A DNA stretch of 63,331 bases, counting the filler, from an uncultured Myxococcia bacterium (GTDB lineage: Bacteria > CAZTWC01): the NCBI GenBank assembly GCA_964617105.1. It is 3 parts of 3 records of this genome, joined end to end, with 100 filler letters (N's around TTAATTAATTAA, not from the genome) between each part and the next. Parts side by side here need not be neighbours in the genome. Positions count along the whole stretch, not along the records: positions 1 to 21,451 come from CAZTWC010000032.1; 2 more parts are not named here. The stretch is one strand, 5' to 3'. The translations under genes and the position numbers were made by a program. Positions within the stretch are counted from its first letter, which is position 1. Every line of letters starts with the position of its first letter. The notes beneath the pieces are model-generated. The model was not told the DNA's origin. It was given only the letters and a program-made list of their open reading frames with translations, and made no database searches. Positions 1 to 8,271 of the stretch are shown piece by piece.

Positions 1-6
1 TTTCAT
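1..6 (-). CDS. 5' end (ATG AAA) of a gene running off the window edge; by synteny possibly dsrM
   Basis: The minus strand reads GAAAAGGAGTATCAATGAAA: a strong SD (12-17) before ATG at 6-4, downstream of dsrT. Identity is inferred only from the usual dsrT-dsrM order. Confidence 0.4.
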
Positions 7-40
7 TGATACTCCTTTTCCCAATTAAAACTTAAAACTC

Positions 41-67
41 ACAATTGGCATAGGATTTGGCAATTGT
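41..67. repeat. Inverted repeat / hairpin between dsrT and the next gene
   Basis: ACAATTGGCA-N7-TGGCAATTGT; 9 of 10 positions complementary. Confidence 0.45.
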
Positions 68-86
68 CTTTGCGCCAATGGGGAGT

Positions 87-632
87 TTAGGAACAACTTA
101 TCCGCTCCCACAACTTGTAGGATCGTTTTTTAATCTCCGAAATCTGTATTTGGTATATTTTTTCCCGGCAAAGGCAAAACTGGTCAAAGGCCTTTAATGC
201 CAGTTGATCAATTTTATTATCCAGGCTCTGCAATTCTTGTTTCAGGGTTTGTTTTTCTTTATCGGTCAAGTTTTTCCCTTCCTCAGCCACCATCTCCTGG
301 AGTATAGGTTTTATTTGGAAAAGAAAGGATAGCCCTTTAGAGGGAGGTATATCCTGGACTGCCATGATGCGGATGATACTATCCAAAGCCAAAGCATCGG
401 TTTGTTTCTCTTGGTCGGAATGGCTTTTGAAGCCATCATCAGAGTTTTCATTGCCCAGTAAATTAACTAATTTGGTCAGACTGGAGTCTATATTGCTGCC
501 CAGGGGATTTTGAAATCTGTCTTTTTTTCCATCTAAAAAAGTATGGCTCTCGGCGGGAAATATTTCTATCACCAGGTTCCATAAACTCTTTAACAGGTAA
601 TCTTTTTGGCGTTGAATAATTTCGGATATCAT
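87..632 (-). CDS. dsrT: DsrT (RsbRD N-terminal-domain protein of dsrTMKJOP clusters)
   Basis: Motifs KKDRFQNPLG, LDSIIRIMAVQD.PPS, IDQLALKAFD..C.CREKIYQI match the DsrT family. ATG at 632 is preferred over the TTG at 656. Confidence 0.85.
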   Translation of the reverse strand: MISEIIQRQKDYLLKSLWNLVIEIFPAESHTFLDGKKDRFQNPLGSNIDSSLTKLVNLLGNENSDDGFKSHSDQEKQTDALALDSIIRIMAVQDIPPSKGLSFLFQIKPILQEMVAEEGKNLTDKEKQTLKQELQSLDNKIDQLALKAFDQFCLCREKIYQIQISEIKKRSYKLWERISCS

Positions 633-671
633 CTGATTTTTTTTTTTAACCCTCAAAAAAAGTTGTATGTT

Positions 672-700
672 TATATATCAGTTATAATAAAATTTGTCAA
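672..700 (-). promoter_or_regulatory. Sigma70-type promoter for dsrT
   Basis: Minus strand TTGACA (700-695), 17-nt spacer, TGnTATATA (extended -10, 677-672). Confidence 0.55.
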
Positions 701-734
701 CGGAGCTTTTCGTCCAAGAAAAGAACTGATATAT
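673..734. repeat. 11-bp perfect inverted repeat in the dsrT/def divergent spacer
   Basis: ATATATCAGTT (673-683) and AACTGATATAT (724-734). Confidence 0.6.
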
Positions 735-800
735 TAAGGAAGCCCTAAGGGTTCGCTCAAAAATAGATCTCGTTCGAGAGTTTACTGCCAGAGGTGGAGG

Positions 801-1496
801 ATGTATTTTAAAAATATTTTATATCGGATAAAATACCTAGCTATATGCTTACTGGGGAGCGTGCTCCTGGTAACTTTTTTCATTCAATGTGCAATCCAAA
901 AGAACAGCCTAAAAAAAACAGGAGAAGAAGCTCTATTTTCTCCCAGCGAAAGATACCTGATTACGGTCAGGGATGAAGAACAAGCCCTGTCCCTGGTGCT
1001 CAACGATAGTCCCGCTGGCAACAGATTTTTGCGCACCAGCAGCCTTCCTTTGCAGATCAATGATCCCGCTCTATTTCATTTGATAAATAGAATGAAAGCC
1101 ACGGTGGTTTTACAAAAAGGGGTGGGAATCGCAGCGCCCCAGGTGGGTATTAACAAGCGTCTTATTCTGGTAAAAAGGTTAGACCTGGAGCCGGTTCAGT
1201 TTGAGGTCTACCTTAATCCTAAAATTGAACATTTTTCTCCCCAAAAGGTGATGGGATGGGAGGGTTGCCTCTCAATACCAGCGGGGTTCGGCCAGGTTGA
1301 GCGTTCACGGGACATTACTTTTTCTTACCAAAAAAAGGATGGCACCAGGGCGACTGAAAGAGTGGAAGGGTTTGTGGCCCGTATTTTCCAGCACGAAATA
1401 GACCATCTGAACGGGGTTTTATTTATTGATCATTTCAAGGGAAAATTGATTCCCAAAGAGCAATACAAAAAGATGAAAGAAGCTGGGAAAATATAG
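801..1496 (+). CDS. def: Peptide deformylase with N-terminal hydrophobic/lipoprotein-like leader
   Basis: All three PDF motifs are present: GVGIAAPQVG, EGCLS, QHEIDH. SD GGAGG lies immediately upstream. Hydrophobic N-terminus ends ...FFIQC. Confidence 0.93.
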   Translation: MYFKNILYRIKYLAICLLGSVLLVTFFIQCAIQKNSLKKTGEEALFSPSERYLITVRDEEQALSLVLNDSPAGNRFLRTSSLPLQINDPALFHLINRMKATVVLQKGVGIAAPQVGINKRLILVKRLDLEPVQFEVYLNPKIEHFSPQKVMGWEGCLSIPAGFGQVERSRDITFSYQKKDGTRATERVEGFVARIFQHEIDHLNGVLFIDHFKGKLIPKEQYKKMKEAGKI

Positions 1497-1560
1497 CAAC
1501 CAAAAGAATTTTTATCGAATTTAGCCGCTGATTTGCCGAAAGTTTTTCCTGATAGTTATC

Positions 1561-2820
1561 TCAACAATACAACATCTCCTGGTGATTTTGCCGGAATTTA
1601 CTCACTTCTCCTCTCACATCTTTACTATCCACCGCCTCTTTGATTAAACGGGCTATATGTCCCATCTGCTCTTCTTTTGCTCCAAACCGGGTCATTTCAG
1701 AAACGCCAATCCTGAGGCCTCTGGGCTCTCTGGCATCTTTGTCGCCGTATAGCATGTTGGCATTGAGGATAATATTGTTCTTCTCCAGTAATTGGGCTAC
1801 CTGGTTGCCGCCGCCCTGAGAGGAAACATCCACCGCCACTTGATGACTGGCAGTATAACCAAACTCTTTGGCCTCAACGTTAAATCCTTGCTCATCCAGA
1901 GCCTTGCCTAAGGCCTGAGCATTGGCCACTATCTGGGCGGCGTAGGCTTTACCATGGGCCTGAAATTCCCTGATCGCCACTAAAAGCGCTGGCAGGGAAA
2001 ATAGGTGATGGTTGCTGGAGGAGCCGGGGAAAATTCCCCGATCAACTTTTTTCCAGTATTTACTTCCATCTTTTACATCACTCACCACCACGCCCCGTTG
2101 AGGTCCGGGAAAAGTCTTGTGAGTGCTGGCCGCCATAATGGTGGCCCCCTCTTTGAGCGGATTTTGGAACTGGCCGCCGGCAATCAGGCCAAACACATGA
2201 GCAGCGTCATAAAGAATGGGGATTTTCATTTCACTGCAAATTTGAGCCAACTCGGACACCGGTTCTGGAAATAGAAACAGGCTGCGTCCCAGCACTATCA
2301 ATTTTGGTTTTACTTCTCTGATCAGGTCAACACTCTTTTCCACATCAGTGTGATATCCATCCTGGGTGAGGGGGAAAAAGTGGAGAGGTATTTTGGCCAA
2401 TTTCTGGCCGGGCAACTGGATACGACGGCCCAAGCCGCCGATACGGTTATGGCTGATATGGCCGCCGGCAGCAGTAGAATTGGCAATTACCGGCTGACCT
2501 CCGGTCAAAAAGGTGAGAAAAATTCCTATGTTAGCGGCGTTTCCGCTGATAGGCCTGACATCAGCCTGGCGGCAATCCATAAGTTGTTTCAACTCCTGGG
2601 TGGCCTTAGATTCTATTTGGTCTATATACTTGGTACCCTGGTAATACCTCTGGCCCGGGTGTCCCTCAGCATAACGGCTCATAAAATCGTTACACTGAAT
2701 CTTCATCACCTGCTCGCTTTGAGTATTTTCGCTGGCAATCAGGTTAATACACTCCTTACGGCGCCATTGGTTTTGAGTTTTGACGATCTCTTCTATATCT
2801 TTAATATTTATATTGCTCAT
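1561..2820 (-). CDS. glyA: Serine hydroxymethyltransferase (archaeal-type signature)
   Basis: LIASEN, YAEGHP..RYYQG, YDAAH, PLP-lysine motif STHKTFPGPQRG, FPGSSSNHH, GLRIG. Confidence 0.93.
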   Translation of the reverse strand: MSNINIKDIEEIVKTQNQWRRKECINLIASENTQSEQVMKIQCNDFMSRYAEGHPGQRYYQGTKYIDQIESKATQELKQLMDCRQADVRPISGNAANIGIFLTFLTGGQPVIANSTAAGGHISHNRIGGLGRRIQLPGQKLAKIPLHFFPLTQDGYHTDVEKSVDLIREVKPKLIVLGRSLFLFPEPVSELAQICSEMKIPILYDAAHVFGLIAGGQFQNPLKEGATIMAASTHKTFPGPQRGVVVSDVKDGSKYWKKVDRGIFPGSSSNHHLFSLPALLVAIREFQAHGKAYAAQIVANAQALGKALDEQGFNVEAKEFGYTASHQVAVDVSSQGGGNQVAQLLEKNNIILNANMLYGDKDAREPRGLRIGVSEMTRFGAKEEQMGHIARLIKEAVDSKDVRGEVSKFRQNHQEMLYC

Positions 2821-2898
2821 GTTGGTTGCCTCAAAAAAATTTTATTGTGTTGTCAGGTGGCAAATGTAGATGATGCTAGACCGGGATCTGTTAGTGTA

Positions 2899-3567
2899 CT
2901 AGTCTCGGTTGCCGCCTAAAATAGCCAAGATTCTGATAAACAGGTTGATGATATCCACATACAGAGAGGCAGCGGAATCCACAGCATTGTCCAGGGTTTT
3001 GGGGATTGAATTGGCGCGGGCCCAATCATAACCGATATAGCCGCAAAAAATAGCGGCGATAATCCAGTCAAAGATACCCACTCTGGCTCTAAATATAAAA
3101 GTCATTATTAATTCTACGATGATAGTGGCAATAAGAGCCACAAACAAAGTGCCGGCTATCCGTTTGAAAAAGGCTGGATACATGGTGGACAGGCACATCA
3201 TAATCACGGTAACCGCACCGGTGGCCATTACTGCGTTTTTAACCACCTCCGGGGCAAAGGAGTGGACCAGGGGGGTTATTACTATACCCATGGGTACTAC
3301 TATCAGATTGTAACCAAAAAAGGAGATAGCCGGATTGTCCGACTTGGAATAGATGGCGATGCCGGCAAAACAGGAGACAATATAGCCGATGATCAAGACA
3401 AAAAATGGAATGGCTTGAATCGACTCGACCGGAACATTGGTGACAATTAGATAATTGACCCCAAATCCCCAGGCCAGGGTAAGGCCAATGGCAAGATTAT
3501 AGGCTCGATCCGAAATAATGGCACCATGCTGCTCGGCTCGTTTAAATACACTGGATGTTTCAAACAT
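2899..3567 (-). CDS. Bax inhibitor-1/YccA family membrane protein
   Basis: About 7 TM helices; C-terminal GYIGYD...AASLYVDIINLFIRIL; SD AAGGAG. Confidence 0.85.
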   Translation of the reverse strand: MFETSSVFKRAEQHGAIISDRAYNLAIGLTLAWGFGVNYLIVTNVPVESIQAIPFFVLIIGYIVSCFAGIAIYSKSDNPAISFFGYNLIVVPMGIVITPLVHSFAPEVVKNAVMATGAVTVIMMCLSTMYPAFFKRIAGTLFVALIATIIVELIMTFIFRARVGIFDWIIAAIFCGYIGYDWARANSIPKTLDNAVDSAASLYVDIINLFIRILAILGGNRD

Positions 3568-3806
3568 GGTAGTACTCCTTTAAGAAAACGACAGTTGAAA
3601 TTGTCTAAAGTTATTAAGAACGAAAAGAATTCCCGAGATTTCAATACCGGGTTGACAAATAATTTTTTATTTTATTACGTTTTATTACTTTGATCAAGAC
3701 TCTTGAAATAAATAGAAAAATTTTATATCCTAAACTCCAATTAATAATTATGGGTAAAGGTCATTGAGCGCTCAATACTGATTTGCCCCCAAATGGAGGA
3801 AGAGTT

Positions 3807-5348
3807 ATGAACAGCCATCTTAAAAACTGCTTGGTATTTATAGTGATATTATTTTTCTCATTGGCTCTTGGGGCCCAGGAGAAAAAGAGTGAGGCTACCA
3901 GTGAAAAGGGGAAACCCGCGGTAGAGAAAGGGGAAAAGGAAGAAGGGAAAAAAGGAACTTTGGAACCAAAACCTGCTGAAACTGAGACCCCGGCAGCCGA
4001 ACCAGCTCCGGCCAAAGAGGAGGAAAAAGATGAGGCGGCCCCGCCAACTGGGGGAGAATCCCAGGCTGGCGAAACCATTGAGATGCTCAACGGCGATACC
4101 ATCCGAGGCCGCATCCTGAGGTTGGACGATAACTGTCTGGTGGTGGCCAAAACCGCAGCTGATGAAAAAGATATCCGGGCCGGACGCATTAAGGGATTGA
4201 GATTAAGTCTGGATAATGTGCTTTTTGTGGAGTGGCATGGCCGCAGCGATGATTTTACCGCCAAAATAGATAAATATTTGGAAGCCAGCATGGCCGGCAC
4301 CACCTTTTTTCAAGATATGGATTTTGAAGTCAAATTCAAGGCTGGTAAGGTCAAAGACCAGGATGCTACCTATAATGGTAACCTGGGAGTAAAGTATATC
4401 CATCGAAATGACACTGAAAAGTTTGGTTATGAATTTATGGGTAGCGTTTTCCTCAATTCCGATTCTAACCGCGCCGATAATAAGTTTTCTTTCTCCCTCC
4501 AGGATGAATACAACTCCGATGACTCCTTTGCTACTGGTGTCTACAAGCGCTATCTCAAAGGTGATACGTTTGTTTTTGGCGGCGGAAAATTCAAGTTTAA
4601 TTACCAACTTCATGACCGCCCCGGCTCAAGAGCTCTGGGTGGAGCCGGTTATGGTCGTATCTACAACATTGCTTCCAAGAAAAAGATGGAGGCGGTGGAG
4701 ACCTTTATGATGGATGCCGGGCTGCTCAAACGAAAGTTTAGTATAAAGATGAAAAGAGCCCTCACCGCCATTTTCGACACCTCAGCCAATCCTCAGCAAT
4801 TGACCCGGCGCATCGCCTCCCTGTTGAAGCGCTTTAACATGTTGGTGGATGGACGGGAGTTGGGTATAGATCAGGCCTTTGAGATAGTCCAGATTATCGA
4901 GGACTCTTTTAAAGAGCGTTTGGATGGTTTGGAGTTGAGAGGCTATACTGAGTTGGACCTAATAACCGCTAATGAGGGAGAGAGCAACCAGATGAGTATG
5001 TCGGGTATGATGCGCTGGTATAAACCGATTAGTGATAAAATCCAGTTTGTCCAGTTAAACACCTTTTATATGGGCTTTACCGGGGCCAAAGTAATCTCCT
5101 TCGCATCTAACAACGAACTGACCTATCTGGTTAACGAAAAATTCGCCGTTGGGGTAACCGATCAGTTTGGTCTGAATTTGAAACCCACCACCGATCTGAC
5201 TAACAGTTTGCAGGGTGTTGCCACCTATTTTGTTTCCGAGCAAATCGACCTGAAGGGGGAGGCTAGCGCCAACTTGAGCATTCCGGAGATAGGACCCACC
5301 GGTTGGGACTTAACGATGATGGTTCATTTTGTGTATGACTTTATTTAG
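3807..5348 (+). CDS. Exported outer-membrane beta-barrel protein with acidic Pro/Glu-rich N-terminal linker
   Basis: Signal peptide (ALG-A), low-complexity linker, IEMLNGDTIRGRI small domain, amphipathic strands, aromatic C-terminus FVYDFI. ATG 3807 has SD GGAGG. Confidence 0.6.
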   Translation: MNSHLKNCLVFIVILFFSLALGAQEKKSEATSEKGKPAVEKGEKEEGKKGTLEPKPAETETPAAEPAPAKEEEKDEAAPPTGGESQAGETIEMLNGDTIRGRILRLDDNCLVVAKTAADEKDIRAGRIKGLRLSLDNVLFVEWHGRSDDFTAKIDKYLEASMAGTTFFQDMDFEVKFKAGKVKDQDATYNGNLGVKYIHRNDTEKFGYEFMGSVFLNSDSNRADNKFSFSLQDEYNSDDSFATGVYKRYLKGDTFVFGGGKFKFNYQLHDRPGSRALGGAGYGRIYNIASKKKMEAVETFMMDAGLLKRKFSIKMKRALTAIFDTSANPQQLTRRIASLLKRFNMLVDGRELGIDQAFEIVQIIEDSFKERLDGLELRGYTELDLITANEGESNQMSMSGMMRWYKPISDKIQFVQLNTFYMGFTGAKVISFASNNELTYLVNEKFAVGVTDQFGLNLKPTTDLTNSLQGVATYFVSEQIDLKGEASANLSIPEIGPTGWDLTMMVHFVYDFI

Positions 5349-5350
5349 TT

Positions 5351-6352
5351 ATGGAGAGATTAATACCAGTCAATGGGCATAAATTATTGATTATGCTGTT
5401 TATAGCCATGCTGGTGCTCTTAGTACCATTAAAAGGTATAGCGGACACTGCCGGCCAGCAGCCGGCAGTGGTTGGTTTGGCGGTGGCTCCCTTTAAAAAT
5501 ATCAGCCAAAATCCCAATTATGACTGGTTGAGTGCCGCTTTTAGCGAAACTATTAGCACCCGCCTGAGCCAAGTAAAAAGTTTTAATTTGGTGGAGCGCA
5601 GTCAAATGAGAAAACTGCTCAAAGAGATGGAGATATCTCAATTGGGCCTTACTGAAAAGAGCATTGAGCCGGGAAAATGGGCGGGAGTGGATATCCTGAT
5701 GCTGGGTAGTTTTTTGGTGATGGGGCAGGGCGAAGGGGCCAAAATGCAGGTTAACACCCGCCTGGTGGATGTACAGAAAGCGATAATCCTCAAGGGCAGC
5801 GGTCTTTCTCAGCAGGCAGAGTTCAAAACTCTGTTTTCTCTTCAGGATAAAATTATTTTCCAAACCAGTAGTGCCCTGGCCCGTACCACCGATCCTGCTA
5901 CCAAAAAAATACTGGCCTGTCACGAAACCGAATCTTTGGCTGCATACCAGTTTTATCACCTGGCCTTACAGGAGCAAAATCCACATAAAAAGGTTATCCT
6001 GTATAAAAAAGCGCTTAGTTTTGATTCCAATTATGCCCTGGCCTATCTGAATCTGGCCTCTGCTCTCTACCTGTCATCATACCACCGGGTGAGTGACATT
6101 GAGGTGGAGAAAAACGCAGTCAAAGCCCTTTCGATTCAGCCCAACCTTAGTGAAGGCCACTTACTTCTGGGCTCCTACTATGAAAGAATAGCCAATAAGG
6201 GCAAAGGAAAAAAACAGCGAAAACAGGCCCGGAAAAAAGCGATTTTTCACTACCAGCAATATATTGTCCAAACCCAGGGCGAAAAAAGAAAATCCCAGTT
6301 ATACAAGATAAAAAGAGCCAAGCGTCGTCTCACCCGCTTACAGAGGAAATGA
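5351..6352 (+). CDS. CsgG/FlgO/TolB-N-like domain plus TPR repeats, exported
   Basis: LAVAPFKN..YDWLS, LVERSQMRKLLKE, VNTRLVDV, followed by TPRs (YKKALSFDSNYALAYLNLA). Confidence 0.75.
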   Translation: MERLIPVNGHKLLIMLFIAMLVLLVPLKGIADTAGQQPAVVGLAVAPFKNISQNPNYDWLSAAFSETISTRLSQVKSFNLVERSQMRKLLKEMEISQLGLTEKSIEPGKWAGVDILMLGSFLVMGQGEGAKMQVNTRLVDVQKAIILKGSGLSQQAEFKTLFSLQDKIIFQTSSALARTTDPATKKILACHETESLAAYQFYHLALQEQNPHKKVILYKKALSFDSNYALAYLNLASALYLSSYHRVSDIEVEKNAVKALSIQPNLSEGHLLLGSYYERIANKGKGKKQRKQARKKAIFHYQQYIVQTQGEKRKSQLYKIKRAKRRLTRLQRK

Positions 6353-6366
6353 CAGAGAGGTGTTAT

Positions 6367-6789
6367 ATGTCCCATAAATGTGATGCTTTAGTGATTAATT
6401 GTATGGATTTCAGGCTTCAAAAAAGTCTGGTAAATAATTTGCCGGCTGCCGCCAATATCCTTTCTTTTGATTTGGTTTCTCAGGCCGGGGCGGTAAAACC
6501 GCTTTTAGTCCCGGAAACCAGGCAAGTTATCCTGGACCAGGTGGAACTTTCAAAGCAGTTGCATCAGATCAAAAAGGTGATCCTGGTCAATCACACCGAT
6601 TGCGGCGCCTATGGAGGCAGCAACGCTTTTTCCAGTTTCGAAGAGGAGATTAGGGTGTTGACAGAAGACCTCAAGCGGGCGGCAGATTTAGTAAAAGAGC
6701 ACCAACCCTCATTAGAAGTGGTAAACTATTTGGCAGTTTTGTACAGTAAAGACGAGAAAAATTGGCAGATAGAGTTTAAGATAGTTTAG
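6367..6789 (+). CDS. Small beta-class carbonic anhydrase-like protein
   Basis: Zn ligand motifs CMDFR and HTDCGAY. ATG 6367 follows SD AGAGG (alternative start 6349). Confidence 0.8.
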   Translation: MSHKCDALVINCMDFRLQKSLVNNLPAAANILSFDLVSQAGAVKPLLVPETRQVILDQVELSKQLHQIKKVILVNHTDCGAYGGSNAFSSFEEEIRVLTEDLKRAADLVKEHQPSLEVVNYLAVLYSKDEKNWQIEFKIV

Positions 6790-6830
6790 TGTTCCCCTTC
6801 TAAATCCTAAAAGGATCTAAAAGGGGACAC
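6789..6830 (+). terminator. Long imperfect hairpin ending the barrel-CsgG-CA operon
   Basis: GTGTTCCCCTT.CTAA.ATCCT-AAA-AGGAT.CTAA.AAGGGGACAC; there is no classical U-tract. Confidence 0.5.
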
Positions 6831-6884
6831 TCAATTAACACCACCAAAGGTTCTAAGCCGAAAACACTTACCTGTCAAATTTTT

Positions 6885-6910
6885 TGTCCAAACTTTGCCT
6901 GCCAGGCGTC
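6885..6910 (+). promoter_or_regulatory. Putative autoregulated ECF promoter
   Basis: TGTCCA-N16-CGTC about 30 nt upstream of the ECF gene. CGT/CGTC is the typical ECF -10 element. Confidence 0.5.
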
Positions 6911-6939
6911 TTTATAACTAGAACCAAAAGGATATTTTT

Positions 6940-7407
6940 TTGCAGAGCGATCTAAATAGTATTTACCGGCTGCATATCACCATGGTTCGCAAGGCTGCCG
7001 AAAGAATTTTAAAAAATTCTTCAGCAGCGGAAGATGTGGCCCAGGAAACTTTTATTAAATATATTCAATATACCAGGAAGCAGAAAAAAATTGACCATAT
7101 CGCCGGATTTTTATTTCGGGTGGCCACCAACCTGGCTCTGAACCAGTTGCGAAACAGTAAAAGACGAGATTTGCTTTTGCAACAAATGGTTAGCGAAAGT
7201 ATTGATGTTACCGTTTCCATTGAGGACCAGATAGCGTTACGCAAGGTGTTGTCCCAGGTGGGCGAATTGGAGGCTCAAATAGCCGCCTATTATTATATTC
7301 ACGGTATGAACCAGCGAGAGATAAGTGATTTGCTCTCTTTGCATCGCCGCAAAGTCAGCCGGCTTTTAGAAGAATTTAGAACCCGGGCGCGTAAATTGTT
7401 GGGTTAA
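6940..7407 (+). CDS. ECF sigma factor
   Basis: Region 2 AAEDVAQETFIK...FLFRVATNLALNQLR; region 4 GMNQREISDLL.LHRRKVSR. Confidence 0.92.
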   Translation: MQSDLNSIYRLHITMVRKAAERILKNSSAAEDVAQETFIKYIQYTRKQKKIDHIAGFLFRVATNLALNQLRNSKRRDLLLQQMVSESIDVTVSIEDQIALRKVLSQVGELEAQIAAYYYIHGMNQREISDLLSLHRRKVSRLLEEFRTRARKLLG

Positions 7408-7442
7408 ATTTAAATCGGTTTGAATTTATAAGGTAGTCAAAG

Positions 7443-8192
7443 ATGACAAATGAGATTTTTAGGCAGGAAAAAGCGGACCTGCAGTGTCTTTCTTATTGGA
7501 CGATATCGCAATTGGCTCTGGGAGCGCTAAAAGAGAGGTCTATACAATCTGCGCAGGAGCATTTAGACCAGTGTCCCAGGTGCAGGGATTTGTTGCGGGC
7601 CGAACAGGAACAGGTAGATGCGGCTCGCTACCAGAGACTGCCCGAACAACTGATGGCAGAAATAGAAAAAGATGAACAGAGAACCAAAGCGGGTTGGCGG
7701 CTATTTTTTGGCAGCCGGCTATTCTTTCCAGGCCTGACCGTCTCTTTGACGGTTTGTCTAGTGTTAGTTATTTCTTTCATAGTTAAGGATATGGGGGTAG
7801 ATGTCAACCAACCTTTGACCAGGATCAAGGGAAGTGAGGGGTTGACCGTATCAGTATTAAGGGGAGAGCAATTAACTCATAACCGGGTCCCTTTGGAGCA
7901 GGTCTCCGCCCTTTCGGTAGGCGACAGACTGCGCCTCCATTACCAGGGGCGCCAGGACAATTGGTTGGAGATATACGGGCAGGAGAAGGGGATATGGGAG
8001 TTATATTATCAAGGAAAAGTTCCGCTGGATGGTTGGTTGCCTATGGGCATTAAAATTACCGGCGAGGAGATTACTAAAATAAAGGTTCTTGAATGTTCTG
8101 GTCAATCTGGGCTTCAATCTGAGCAAATAATTGACAAATCAAAGTGCAGCCAGCAGGTTTTTAATTTAAGACTATCAAATTCAAGTCAATAA
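7443..8192 (+). CDS. Membrane anti-sigma factor (zf-HC2/ZAS), one TM helix, periplasmic domain
   Basis: HLDQCPRC zinc motif; TM LFFPGLTVSLTVCLVLVISFIV; then LTRIKG and a small beta domain (LSVGDRLRLHY). Confidence 0.85.
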   Translation: MTNEIFRQEKADLQCLSYWTISQLALGALKERSIQSAQEHLDQCPRCRDLLRAEQEQVDAARYQRLPEQLMAEIEKDEQRTKAGWRLFFGSRLFFPGLTVSLTVCLVLVISFIVKDMGVDVNQPLTRIKGSEGLTVSVLRGEQLTHNRVPLEQVSALSVGDRLRLHYQGRQDNWLEIYGQEKGIWELYYQGKVPLDGWLPMGIKITGEEITKIKVLECSGQSGLQSEQIIDKSKCSQQVFNLRLSNSSQ

Positions 8193-8271
8193 TCACTCTG
8201 TCCTCACCTGGACACAGCCCTTCAGAGGCTGCGGCAGGCAAGAGGTTAATATTTATTTTTTTTTGGGTTTT

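Noticed and set aside
45-75. TGGCA...TTG motifs suggesting a sigma54 promoter
   Set aside because: The GG/GC spacing does not fit -24/-12 on either strand.
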